This document shows positions 1 through 10,394 of a stretch of DNA of 64,000 nt, one piece after another. The notes beneath the pieces were generated by a model. It saw nothing but the letters and a program-made list of their open reading frames with translations. It was not told where the DNA came from and made no database searches. The stretch's first letter is position 1, and every line of letters starts with the position of its first letter. Source of the stretch: Slackia sp. (GTDB lineage Bacteria; Actinomycetota; Coriobacteriia; Coriobacteriales; Eggerthellaceae); NCBI GenBank assembly GCA_030525985.1, contig JAUNDR010000004.1:3327-67326 (forward strand), in the 5' to 3' direction. Both the position numbers and the translations under genes were made by a program.

Positions 1-78
1 GATACTATAGCCAGGTTTCCTGTCCCGGGCAGATGCCTTCATGCGTCCCGGGGCCGTAAGTCCAGAGGAGGTGACATA

Positions 79-372
79 ATGAAGGCTTATGAATTGTTGT
101 TCTTTGTCGCGCCTACGATCGACGACGAGACCCGTTTGGCAGTCATGAAACGTATCGAGACCACCATCGCCGAGAGCGAGGGCAAGGTCGACAACGTCGA
201 GGACTGGGGCAAGCGCAAGCTCGCCTACGAGATCGCCGGCCTGACCGAGGGTGATTACACCCTGATCGATTTCCACGCAAATCCCGCTAACATCGCGGAG
301 TTGGACCGCGTGCTGCGCATCACCGACGCGGTGGTTCGCCACAAGATCGTCCGCCGCGAGGATCGCGACTAA
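79..372 (+). CDS. rpsF: 30S ribosomal protein S6
   Basis: 97-aa ORF MKAYELLFFVAPT...; GAGGAGG RBS upstream; first gene of the conserved rpsF-ssb-rpsR-rplI block. Confidence 0.95.
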   Translation: MKAYELLFFVAPTIDDETRLAVMKRIETTIAESEGKVDNVEDWGKRKLAYEIAGLTEGDYTLIDFHANPANIAELDRVLRITDAVVRHKIVRREDRD

Positions 373-435
373 TCGCGATCGAGCTATCGGATTGAGGGCG
401 CAAGCCCTCGTTGCTTCAAGGAACGAGGAAGAGTA

Positions 436-876
436 ATGAGCATCAACAAAGTGGTCATATCGGGCAATCTCACGCGCGATCCCGAACTGCGTCAGACCGC
501 GAACGGTTTTCCCGTCCTCGGCTTCGGCGTGGCGGTGAACGACCGTCGCAAGAACCAGCAGACGGGCGAGTGGGAAGATTACCCGAACTTCATCGACTGC
601 ACGATGTTCGGTGCTCGTGCCGAGAGCATCTCTCGCTTCCTGAGCAAAGGTTCCAAGGTCGCCATCGAAGGCAAGCTTCGTTGGTCTCAGTGGGAGCGCG
701 ACGGCCAGAAGCGCAGCAAGATCGAAGTCGTCGTCGACGAAATCGAGCTGATGACTTCTCGCGATGGCGGCGGAAACGCCGGCATGCCGCGCATGGCCGC
801 ACCTGCGTATGCTCCTGCGGCTATGGCTGCTCCTGCGGTGGATACCTCCGTTTACGACGCGGATATCCCCTTCTAG
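436..876 (+). CDS. ssb: single-stranded DNA-binding protein
   Basis: 146 aa; OB-fold N-terminus (NKVVISGNLTRDPELR); Gly/Ala/Pro-rich linker; acidic C-terminal tip DADIPF. Confidence 0.95.
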   Translation: MSINKVVISGNLTRDPELRQTANGFPVLGFGVAVNDRRKNQQTGEWEDYPNFIDCTMFGARAESISRFLSKGSKVAIEGKLRWSQWERDGQKRSKIEVVVDEIELMTSRDGGGNAGMPRMAAPAYAPAAMAAPAVDTSVYDADIPF

Positions 877-924
877 ACCTTGGGCTGCCGACAATCGTAT
901 CTTTAGGATTTGAAAGAGGAAATC

Positions 925-1185
925 ATGGCTGAATACACCAAGCAGCCGCGCCGCAAGTACTGCCAGTTCTGCAAGGACGACGTGCAGTATGTCGATTACA
1001 AAGACACGGCTATGCTGCGCAAATACATGACCGATCGTGGCAAGATCAAGCCCCGCCGTGTGACGGGCGCTTGCGTCCAGCACCAGCGCGATGTCGCCAA
1101 CGCTATCAAGAACGCTCGTGAGATGGCTCTCATGCCCTACACGGTGCCTGCTGTTAGCGGCCGCGGCGATCGTCGCAACCGCTAG
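925..1185 (+). CDS. rpsR: 30S ribosomal protein S18
   Basis: The ORF opens at TTG 910, but ATG 925 follows an [27 protein letters not shown]...KPRRVTG is S18-like. Confidence 0.93.
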   Translation: MAEYTKQPRRKYCQFCKDDVQYVDYKDTAMLRKYMTDRGKIKPRRVTGACVQHQRDVANAIKNAREMALMPYTVPAVSGRGDRRNR

Positions 1186-1194
1186 GAGGTTTCC

Positions 1195-1725
1195 ATGAAG
1201 GTTATCCTGCTTACCGAGTTGAAGGGCAAGGGCGGCGAAGGCGACGTCGTCGAGGTTGCTCGCGGCTTCTTCAACAACTATCTTGGTCCCCAGAAGATGG
1301 CCGTCCTGGCCACCAAGGGCAACCTGAAGCAGCTGGAGCAGCGCAAGGGCAACATCGCCAAGCGCGAAGAGCAGCGCATCGCTGACGCCAACGCTCTGAA
1401 GGCTTCCCTCGAGGGTAAGAAGATCCTGGTCGAGGTCAAGGTCGGCGAAGAGGGCGTCCTCTTCGGCTCCGTGACCGCCCAGATGATCGCCGACGCCGTC
1501 AAGAACGAGCTCGGCATCGAAATCGACCGCAAGCGTCTTGAGCTCAAGAAGGCCATCAAGACCGCTGGCGAGCACATCGTTGCTCTGTCCATCTACCGCG
1601 ACATCAAAGTCGACCTGAACCTCGTCGTCGGCGAGGCTCTGGCCGAAGAAGCTGCGGAAGAGGTCGAGGAAGTCGTCGAGACCGCCGAAGAGGCTGTCGA
1701 GGCGACCGAGGAAGCTGCCGAATAG
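1195..1725 (+). CDS. rplI: 50S ribosomal protein L9
   Basis: MKVILLTELKGKGGEGDVVEV... with acidic C-terminal extension; AGGAGG RBS. Confidence 0.93.
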   Translation: MKVILLTELKGKGGEGDVVEVARGFFNNYLGPQKMAVLATKGNLKQLEQRKGNIAKREEQRIADANALKASLEGKKILVEVKVGEEGVLFGSVTAQMIADAVKNELGIEIDRKRLELKKAIKTAGEHIVALSIYRDIKVDLNLVVGEALAEEAAEEVEEVVETAEEAVEATEEAAE

Positions 1726-1749
1726 CACCTTCTTCAACCTGGCGTATGG

Positions 1750-1780
1750 AAATGCCCCGTCTTACGACGGGGCATTTTTT
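1750..1780 (+). terminator. rho-independent terminator after rplI
   Basis: 12-bp perfect stem aaatgccccgtc/gacggggcattt, 4-nt loop, T-tail. Confidence 0.85.
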
Positions 1781-1994
1781 ATGCGTCGCGAAGGCTGAGC
1801 GATCGATCGGTCTGCATCGGGTATGTTTTCGGCTTCATTGCCGTGAGGGGCATTTCGACGGGAGCTTTTCCTTTGTCGGGATGCGGGCGGATCCGTTGCT
1901 TTGCGCGGCGTATTCCCTGCAAAGAGCGGCTTGAATATCGTTGTTCGCACTCCGAGGTTCTGCCGAAAGACGCTTGTATCGGGGCGAGCCACGC

Positions 1995-2000
1995 TAGAAT
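1995..2000 (+). promoter_or_regulatory. candidate -10 box (TAGAAT) for dnaB
   Basis: TAGAAT about 48 nt upstream of the dnaB ATG. The same hexamer precedes several other genes in this window. Confidence 0.35.
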
Positions 2001-2047
2001 AGGAAAACCCACGAAAGCAAGCAATATCGAATGACGGAGCATACATC

Positions 2048-3427
2048 ATGGCCGATAACACCTCCTCCCCCGTTCTGCAGTCCACGACGGGTCGCACCTT
2101 GCCGAACAATATCGAAGCCGAGAAATCGGTGCTTGCGGCGTGTATGCTCAATCCCGAAGCGGTCGACGATATCGCCACGAAGCTCACGCCGGAGAATTTC
2201 TTCCGTCCGGCCCATCAGCGTATTTTCGAAGGCATGCTCGAGCTGAACACGCGTCATATTCCCATCGATCAGATTTCGCTTGCGGAGCGTCTTGCTGCGG
2301 AAGGCCAGCTTGAAGCGGTAGGCGGCCGCCCTTACCTGGTCGAGCTTGCGAACAACACGTTGTCTCTCACGAATTGGAAGAGCCATACGGAAATCGTGAA
2401 GCGCACAAGCGTTCTTCGCGATCTGGTGTATGCGTCCACCAATATCAACGCTCTTGCCTACGATGCGCCCGACGACACGAACGAGGTCATCGAAGAGGCC
2501 GAGAAGATGCTGTTCAACGTCACGCAGAAGCGCGTGTCGTCGTCGTTTCAAAACATCACCGACCTTCTGACCCAGGCGTTCGATGAAATCGACGAGCTGG
2601 TAAGCAATCAGAACCATATGGCGGGCGTTCCGACAGGCTTCACCGACGTCGATAGGCTCTTCTGGGGTTTGCGTGGCGGCGACCTGCTGATTCTGGCGGC
2701 CCGTCCCGGCGTCGGCAAAACTTCGTTCGCGCTGAACCTTGCAACCAATGCGGCGAAATCGGGCGCCGCCGTGGCCTTGTTCAGTTTGGAGATGGGTGCG
2801 AACCAGCTGGTCCAACGTATCTTGTGTGCCGAGGCGCGCGTGAACCTAGGGCAGCTGCGCCAAGGCAAGCTTTCCGAAGGCGACTGGAATGCCATCATGA
2901 ACGCGGCGGCGACGCTTTCCGGGCTCGAGCTGTATATCGACGACACCCCCGGCCTTTCGTTGCTCGAAATGCGCGCGAAGGCTCGCAGGCAGCTGCGCGA
3001 TAAGGAGAAGGGTCTGATTATCGTCGACTACCTGCAGCTGATGCAGCCGCCCTCGAACCGTCGCGACGGCAATCGCGCCGTGGAGGTCGCCGAGATTTCT
3101 CGCGGTTTGAAGGTTTTGGCGAAGGAGCTCAACATGCCCCTTCTGGCGCTTTCCCAGCTTTCGCGTGCCGTGGAAATGCGCGGAACGAAGCGTCCGATGC
3201 TTTCCGACCTGCGCGAATCGGGCTCTATCGAGCAGGACGCCGACATCGTCATGTTCATCGACCGAAGCATGGACGAAGTGGAAGGCGAGCAGGAAGGCCG
3301 TCCTGATTGGGGCACCGCCGAGCTGATCGTGGCGAAACACCGCAACGGTGCGACGCGCGATATCACGTTGTCGTTCAATCCCGAATACACCAAGTTCGGC
3401 AACTATATCGACGCGTCCCAGATATAG
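2048..3427 (+). CDS. dnaB: replicative DNA helicase DnaB
   Basis: 459 aa; N-terminal LPNNIEAEKSVLAACM; Walker A ARPGVGKTSF; Walker B IIVDYLQLM; no intein-sized insertion. Confidence 0.96.
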   Translation: MADNTSSPVLQSTTGRTLPNNIEAEKSVLAACMLNPEAVDDIATKLTPENFFRPAHQRIFEGMLELNTRHIPIDQISLAERLAAEGQLEAVGGRPYLVELANNTLSLTNWKSHTEIVKRTSVLRDLVYASTNINALAYDAPDDTNEVIEEAEKMLFNVTQKRVSSSFQNITDLLTQAFDEIDELVSNQNHMAGVPTGFTDVDRLFWGLRGGDLLILAARPGVGKTSFALNLATNAAKSGAAVALFSLEMGANQLVQRILCAEARVNLGQLRQGKLSEGDWNAIMNAAATLSGLELYIDDTPGLSLLEMRAKARRQLRDKEKGLIIVDYLQLMQPPSNRRDGNRAVEVAEISRGLKVLAKELNMPLLALSQLSRAVEMRGTKRPMLSDLRESGSIEQDADIVMFIDRSMDEVEGEQEGRPDWGTAELIVAKHRNGATRDITLSFNPEYTKFGNYIDASQI

Positions 3428-3455
3428 GTCCCGTCGGCCTGCTGGCCGACGGGAC
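3428..3455 (+). terminator. I-shaped (no T-tail) terminator-like hairpin after dnaB
   Basis: 12-bp perfect stem gtcccgtcggcc/ggccgacgggac with 4-nt loop, directly after the stop codon. Confidence 0.55.
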
Positions 3456-4165
3456 GGAGTCGTCCGGCTGCGGACGGGCGGGGCGGCGCATTCGGCGCTC
3501 CAGGCGGGGCTCACGTACCGAAGTACGCTACACCCCGCCTTCGCGCCGACCGCATCCGCCGCGCCCGCCCTCGCCTGCAATTCGGCGACCCGGGGCTGCA
3601 GATTCGACTTGATACAACGTCGTTGTTGTTCATGCGGTCCATCTTTTCCGACGGCGGATGGTCCGACTCGCTCCCTTGCCAGACCATCCTGCCGCCTCTT
3701 CTCCTCTGAATCGAGGTCGATTCGCAACGAAGTAAGCGCGCTATGCATGATTTTTCCGTTTTCCAGCTCCCGCGAAGCCGATTGAGGTCAATTTCGCCAA
3801 CCAAACGTTCCCCTTGGATTAGCGAGATAATTGCGACCTGCGCTTTTATCGAAACGTATCGGCGGTAACGCGAAATCTAGAATAGGAAAACGGAAAAATC
3901 ATGCTTCTTTTCCGCTGAAATCAACGATTGGCCCATGCTTCGGTCGCGCACCGTAGCGCGCCCCTGGTTCCAGTCGGGCCTTTCGCCCGCGTTCGGCGAC
4001 CTGAAAGATTTTTTGCCTGCTTGCTTCAGGATTTGCTTGCCTGATCGAAGTGTTTTGCAATATCGGAAGACCGAGGGCGTCTTTCGATCGCGCTTTGGTG
4101 GCTTGGGGGGCCGAAGGGCTTTTGCCGCCGGGCGAAGCGCGGCGGCGCATACTCGGGGTTTGCGT

Positions 4166-4171
4166 TAGACT
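4166..4171 (+). promoter_or_regulatory. candidate -10 box (TAGACT) giving a leaderless sbcD-like mRNA
   Basis: TAGACT ends 6 nt before the A of ATG 4178, and there is no RBS. Confidence 0.4.
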
Positions 4172-4177
4172 CGAAGC

Positions 4178-5437
4178 ATGAGTGAACACGTGACATTCAT
4201 CCATTCGGGCGACATCCACTTGGGTGCGCCTTTTCGCGGGCTGAGGGCGCTTTCTCCCGCATGGGCCGACCGTCTGGCGACCGCCATCCCCGATGCCTAC
4301 GATTGCGTCATTCAGGCGTGTATCGACCACGACGTCGACTTTTTGCTGCTGGCCGGAGACGTGTTCGATACCGACAAGCCGAGCTATGCCCATTATCGTC
4401 GCTTCGTGGCCGGGCTGAAGCGGCTTGAAAAACGCGATATCCCCGTTTACATCATCGCGGGCAATCACGATCCGTACTCGAATTGGCATGATGTCGAACG
4501 CGACCTGCCGTCGAATGCTCATCTTCTACCGTCCGACAAGCCGTCGTTCGTCCTGTTCGAGAAAGATGGCACCCCGTCCGCCGTCGTTGCTGCTCGAGGC
4601 TTTTCCACGCTGCCCCAAGGAGAAGACATCTCTGCCGGCATGACGCGCGCGGCCGCCCTGGAAGCGTACGGATGCGACGCTCCTTTTTGCATCGGCATGC
4701 TCCACACGGGTCTTTGGATGGATCCGTATAAGGCCCCCACATCGGAAAAAGCGCTGATGGCGGCCGGTATGGACTATTGGGCGCTCGGACACATCCATCA
4801 ATGCTTCCTTACTCCCGAGCGTAACCCGAAAATCGCGTTCTGCGGATGCGCTCAAGGACGCGATATCAAAGAAACGGGCGTGCGTGGATGCTTGAAAGTC
4901 ACGCTCGAGAAGGGCATGCCGAACAAGGTCGAGCTCATTCCGACGCTTCAGGTCGATTGGGAGAAGCTGGACGTCGATGTGTCTTCATGCGTCGGTTTGG
5001 ACGCGGTGCTTCAGGCATGCGTGCGTGCCATGTTCGATAAGAATGCCGAAGTGCCGTGCGAGGAAATGGTCGCCCGCATCACGCTGGTCGGAGCCACGCA
5101 TCTTCATGCGGAACTCTCCGATGCGGCGACGCGGGAGGCGCTTCGATGCGAGCTCAACGAGAGCTATCCATCGTTTTATTGCGATGCGCTGCTGTGCGCC
5201 ACATCGCCCGTTCGCGACAAGGAGAAGCTTGCTCTGTCGAATACGTTCGAGGGAACGGTGCTGCGCCGCATGCGCGAAGACGCCTCGGATGCTCGAAGTC
5301 AGCTCGCCTACCTGCAGGAAGAATTCTCGCGTCGGGGCTTGAGCGTTCCGCGTGTCGTGGCGGAGGGGCTTTCCGCGCTTTCGGAGCGTGCGGAGGACCG
5401 GTTGCTGTCGATGATCGCCGATAGGGAGCACCGATGA
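4178..5437 (+). CDS. DNA repair exonuclease, SbcD/Mre11-type metallophosphoesterase (YhaO-like)
   Basis: 419 aa; FIHSGDIHLG, LLLAGDVFD and IIAGNHD phosphoesterase motifs; stop overlaps the next start (ATGA). Confidence 0.85.
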   Translation: MSEHVTFIHSGDIHLGAPFRGLRALSPAWADRLATAIPDAYDCVIQACIDHDVDFLLLAGDVFDTDKPSYAHYRRFVAGLKRLEKRDIPVYIIAGNHDPYSNWHDVERDLPSNAHLLPSDKPSFVLFEKDGTPSAVVAARGFSTLPQGEDISAGMTRAAALEAYGCDAPFCIGMLHTGLWMDPYKAPTSEKALMAAGMDYWALGHIHQCFLTPERNPKIAFCGCAQGRDIKETGVRGCLKVTLEKGMPNKVELIPTLQVDWEKLDVDVSSCVGLDAVLQACVRAMFDKNAEVPCEEMVARITLVGATHLHAELSDAATREALRCELNESYPSFYCDALLCATSPVRDKEKLALSNTFEGTVLRRMREDASDARSQLAYLQEEFSRRGLSVPRVVAEGLSALSERAEDRLLSMIADREHR

Positions 5438-7578
5438 AGGCGTCGGATCTGTATTTGCGCCAGCTGCATATAGCCGCATTCGGGCGCTTCCTCGATAAAT
5501 CGGCGGGTCCGTTTTCTCCTGGAATGAACGTGGTTTACGGAAAGAACGAGACGGGGAAAACCACGCTGAATGCGTTCGTGACCGGCGTTTTGTTCGGATG
5601 GGAAAAGGCGCACGGCAAAAAGAACAATTACCGGCCCGAGACGGGCGACCGTTCGGGCACGCTTTTCTTCGCGGACCGAAGTACGGGCGAGGTGTGCGAA
5701 GTATCCCGATTCCGTAACGCCGACGGGGTGTTGTTTTCGCCCCCGGAGGCGTCCGTGCTGCTCGACTCCATCGATAAGGATACGTTTTCGACGATGTTTG
5801 CGCTGACGAGCGACGAGCTACGTGGGCTTGAGGGGGCGACCGACGTCACCGCGAAGCTGCTGACGGCAAGCGCGGGGTTGGACGTGTCCCCCGCCGCTAT
5901 CCTTGCCGACCTTGATGCGCGCATCGCTTCGTACGAAAGCCGATCGGCCGCCGCTGAGCATTCGTTCGTTCGCCTTCGTGCCGAAGAGGAAGACTGCAAG
6001 CTGCGTCTTGCCGAGGCTCGCGAACGGTCGGAAGCGTTGAAGGGCGAATATCGCGAACGCGAGGAATTGGCTGCACGCCGCGGGGCGGCGACAAAGGAAC
6101 TTTCCGATTTGAATTTCCGCATCGAACGGATATCCGCCGTTCGTGCCGAGGTTGCACGTCTCGAGACGGCGGAAGGCGAAAACGTGCGGAAGATGGCGGA
6201 TTGCGATGCCCGTCTTGCTGCCGAGGCGTCGACGCGCCCTTCATCGGCGGATGCGCCGCTTTTCGACGAGGATTCCGAGGCGGCGGTGCTTGCCGGTCTC
6301 GACCGGCTTGAGTCCCAGAGCGCTCGATTGGAAAGCCGCCTCGATGCCGCGCGCGATAGTTTCGCCCGTGCGCGGGCGGAGTGCGAAGCTTCCGATGGGA
6401 GCGGCGGCAACGAGCATACGGGCAAAGCTCCCGTTCGTGCCGCTCTTTTCCTCGCGGCGTTTTTGGCCGTAGCGGGCGTGGGGCTGTTGGCGTTTTCCCT
6501 ATGGCGCGGAGAAATGCCGATTGCCGCCATCGCTGCCGTGGTTGCCGTTGCGGGCGCGGCATGCGGAATTGTCGCAACGAGAATGGGGTCCCGCTCGTCG
6601 GTTGTTTCACGTGAAACGCCGGCGTTTCATGCCATGAATGTCGCGCGCGGCGCGCTTGAATCTTGCGAGCAGGACGAGCTGATGCATTCCCTGAAGGTGA
6701 AGGAAAGCCTCGAGTCGTGGGGGCTTCAAGCGGCGCACGGGTCGCTTTTCCGTGCTCGCGCGATCGTCGAGGCGTCGCGCAAGCGAAGGCTGGATGCCGC
6801 CGACCGGCTGCGTTTCCGCAACGAAACGGCCGCCGCGCGTATGCGCTGCGAACAGGAGATCGAGCGTATCCGCGCGCGTAGAAAAGAGCTGCTTGCTCAG
6901 TGCGGTGTCGACCCTGGGCAGGGCGTTTCGGCTCTCGATCAGCTGAAAAGCATGCTGTGCGCTCATCGCGATGCGGCTATCGAACGCATGCGCGTTTCCG
7001 ACGCCCGCCTGGGAGAGCTCGAGCAGATTCTGAGCGAAGGGTCTCTGTCGAACGAATACGACGTGCTGAAAACGCGTGCTGCGCAGATTGCGACGCGCAA
7101 AGAAGATTCCGCCGCCGATCTTGCGGAGCTTCTGCTCGCTCGCCGCGCTTTGCGCGAGGCCGTGGATGCGTGGAAAAGCGAGAGCGTTCCCATCACGTAC
7201 CGGAGAGCTTCCGAGCTTTTCTCCCTCATGACGAACGGGCGGTGGCAGCAGGTTTCCATGGACGAGAACGGCGTGCTGACGGCGCGCGACGGCATGGGAA
7301 AGCGTCTTGAACCGAGGTTTCTCTCGATGGGAACATGCCAGCAGCTGTACCTCGCTTTGAGAATAGCGCTGCTCGAGCATGCTTCGGACGTCGGGGCGGG
7401 CCTTCCCGTGCTTGCCGACGACATCCTGGTGAACTTCGATGACGAGCGGCGCGAAGGCGCGGCAAAGGCACTTGTCGAGCTCTCTCGCTCTCGCCAGGTG
7501 GTGCTTTTCACGTGTCATAAGGAGATTCTTGATACCATCAGACGATACGCCGCCGACTGCACGGTGGTAGCGCTATAA
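5434..7578 (+). CDS. SMC/Rad50-like AAA ATPase (SbcC/YhaN-like) with a central transmembrane hairpin
   Basis: 714 aa; Walker A GKNETGKTT; long Ala/Arg/Glu coiled-coil regions; C-terminal signature/Walker B (QQLYLALRIAL, PVLADDILVNFD); two hydrophobic 22-aa segments mid-protein. Confidence 0.85.
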   Translation: MKASDLYLRQLHIAAFGRFLDKSAGPFSPGMNVVYGKNETGKTTLNAFVTGVLFGWEKAHGKKNNYRPETGDRSGTLFFADRSTGEVCEVSRFRNADGVLFSPPEASVLLDSIDKDTFSTMFALTSDELRGLEGATDVTAKLLTASAGLDVSPAAILADLDARIASYESRSAAAEHSFVRLRAEEEDCKLRLAEARERSEALKGEYREREELAARRGAATKELSDLNFRIERISAVRAEVARLETAEGENVRKMADCDARLAAEASTRPSSADAPLFDEDSEAAVLAGLDRLESQSARLESRLDAARDSFARARAECEASDGSGGNEHTGKAPVRAALFLAAFLAVAGVGLLAFSLWRGEMPIAAIAAVVAVAGAACGIVATRMGSRSSVVSRETPAFHAMNVARGALESCEQDELMHSLKVKESLESWGLQAAHGSLFRARAIVEASRKRRLDAADRLRFRNETAAARMRCEQEIERIRARRKELLAQCGVDPGQGVSALDQLKSMLCAHRDAAIERMRVSDARLGELEQILSEGSLSNEYDVLKTRAAQIATRKEDSAADLAELLLARRALREAVDAWKSESVPITYRRASELFSLMTNGRWQQVSMDENGVLTARDGMGKRLEPRFLSMGTCQQLYLALRIALLEHASDVGAGLPVLADDILVNFDDERREGAAKALVELSRSRQVVLFTCHKEILDTIRRYAADCTVVAL

Positions 7579-7634
7579 TCTAAAGGTTGTTTAACGCATT
7601 CTCCTATTCAGGGATGCCAATCGAAAGGACGAAC

Positions 7635-8945
<1,311 letters not shown>

Positions 8946-9116
8946 CATTTTCACAAGGTATGAACGGCGCGACATCCAGGGCGCGTCGGAAAAGATATGA
9001 AGGAACCCGGGGGCATAGCCTCCGGGTTCTCGACGATGAAGAGCCTTGCAGCGTTGCGGCAAGGCGAGGATGCGCGAAGCCGAGGCTTCGCGGCTGTTTT
9101 TGAAAGGATGCTCGAC

Positions 9117-10388
9117 GTGAACGTATTGGTGCTGGGCGGCGGCGGCCGCGAACATGCATTGACGTGGGCTATTGCGAAGTCTTCTCATGTCGGGGAGCTG
9201 TATGTCGCTCCCGGCAACGGTGGTACGGCCGCCATTGCGAAAAACGTTCCCTTGGACGCCGAAGATGCCGAGGCGGTCATCGGATTTTCTCGCGACCATG
9301 ACATCGACCTGGTGGTCATCGGCCCCGAGGCTCCTTTGGTGGCGGGCGTCGCCGAGAAAGTGCGTGCCGCGGGAATCTCCGTGTTCGGTCCCGACTCCCA
9401 GGGCGCCCAGCTGGAAGGCAGCAAGAGCTTCTCGAAGGAATTCATGATGGCTCACGGCCTTCCGACCGCCGGTTACAAGAAGTGCACCACCGAGCAGGAG
9501 GCCATGGACTATCTGCATGAGGTGGGCGCGCCTATCGTGGTGAAGGCCGACGGCCTTGCCGCAGGCAAAGGCGTCATCGTGGCCGATTGCATGGAGGACG
9601 CCGAAGAGGCCGTGCGCGATTGCTTCGCGGGCGATTTCGGCGAAGCGGGCAGCATTGTGGTCATCGAGGAGATGCTCGTGGGTCCCGAATGCAGCATGCT
9701 GGCGTTTCTTGCGAACGGCAAGGCTTTGTGCATGCCGTGCGCCCAGGACCACAAGCGCGCCTACGACGGCGACCGCGGTCCGAACACAGGTGGCATGGGC
9801 GTGTACTCCCCCGTTCCGTGCGTCACTCCCGAGCTTGAAGCCCGTATGCAGGAAATCATGCAGCAGGCTGCAGCCGCCACGGCGCAAGACTTCGACAATC
9901 CGTATCAGGGCGTGCTTTACGGCGGCTTCATGTTGACCGAGGAAGGCCCCAAGCTGCTTGAGTTCAATGCGCGCTTCGGCGATCCCGAAACGCAGGTCAT
10001 CATGCCGCGTATGGAAAGCGATGCCATCGAGGTGTTCTCTGCGGTGGCGGAGAATCGCCTGGATACCGTCGATCTGCGCTGGAGCGACAAATGCGCCGTG
10101 TGCGTCGTGCTGGCAAGCGAGGGCTATCCCGGCGCATACGAGAAGGGCAAGGTCATCCTGGGCATCGAAGAGGCCGAGTCTCTCGAGGGCGTCACGGTGT
10201 TCCATGCAGGCACTGCGTTCAACGCCGACGAGGAGCTTGTCACCAACGGCGGTCGCGTGCTGAACGTGACGGCGCTTGCCGATACGTTCGAAGAGGCGCG
10301 CGAGCTGGCCTACGAGGCCTGCGACAAGATCAATTTCGAAGGCAAGCAGATGCGCTACGACATCGCTCTGCGTGCTCTTGAGGGTTAG
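9117..10388 (+). CDS. purD: phosphoribosylamine--glycine ligase
   Basis: [15 protein letters not shown]...; ATP-grasp core. GTG 9117 lies 8 nt after GAAAGGA. The ORF opens at 8997, so the start is uncertain. Confidence 0.92.
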   Translation: MNVLVLGGGGREHALTWAIAKSSHVGELYVAPGNGGTAAIAKNVPLDAEDAEAVIGFSRDHDIDLVVIGPEAPLVAGVAEKVRAAGISVFGPDSQGAQLEGSKSFSKEFMMAHGLPTAGYKKCTTEQEAMDYLHEVGAPIVVKADGLAAGKGVIVADCMEDAEEAVRDCFAGDFGEAGSIVVIEEMLVGPECSMLAFLANGKALCMPCAQDHKRAYDGDRGPNTGGMGVYSPVPCVTPELEARMQEIMQQAAAATAQDFDNPYQGVLYGGFMLTEEGPKLLEFNARFGDPETQVIMPRMESDAIEVFSAVAENRLDTVDLRWSDKCAVCVVLASEGYPGAYEKGKVILGIEEAESLEGVTVFHAGTAFNADEELVTNGGRVLNVTALADTFEEARELAYEACDKINFEGKQMRYDIALRALEG

Positions 10389-10394
10389 GACGGT

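Noticed and set aside
1-78. rpsF 5' leader with two cccggg blocks that could pair (possible S6:S18 autoregulatory leader), plus a TACTAT -10-like hexamer at 3-8.
   Set aside because: The window starts inside the leader or promoter. I cannot verify the conserved rpsF-leader structure by eye, and a covariance-model search would be needed.
3456-4165. About 700-bp gap between dnaB and the sbcD-like gene, including ORFs 3511-3804(-) and 3935-4168(+).
   Set aside because: The ORFs lack an RBS and have artefact-like composition. I found no RNase P, tmRNA, SRP or riboswitch consensus strings by eye. I kept only the TAGAAT promoter-like 15-mer observation.
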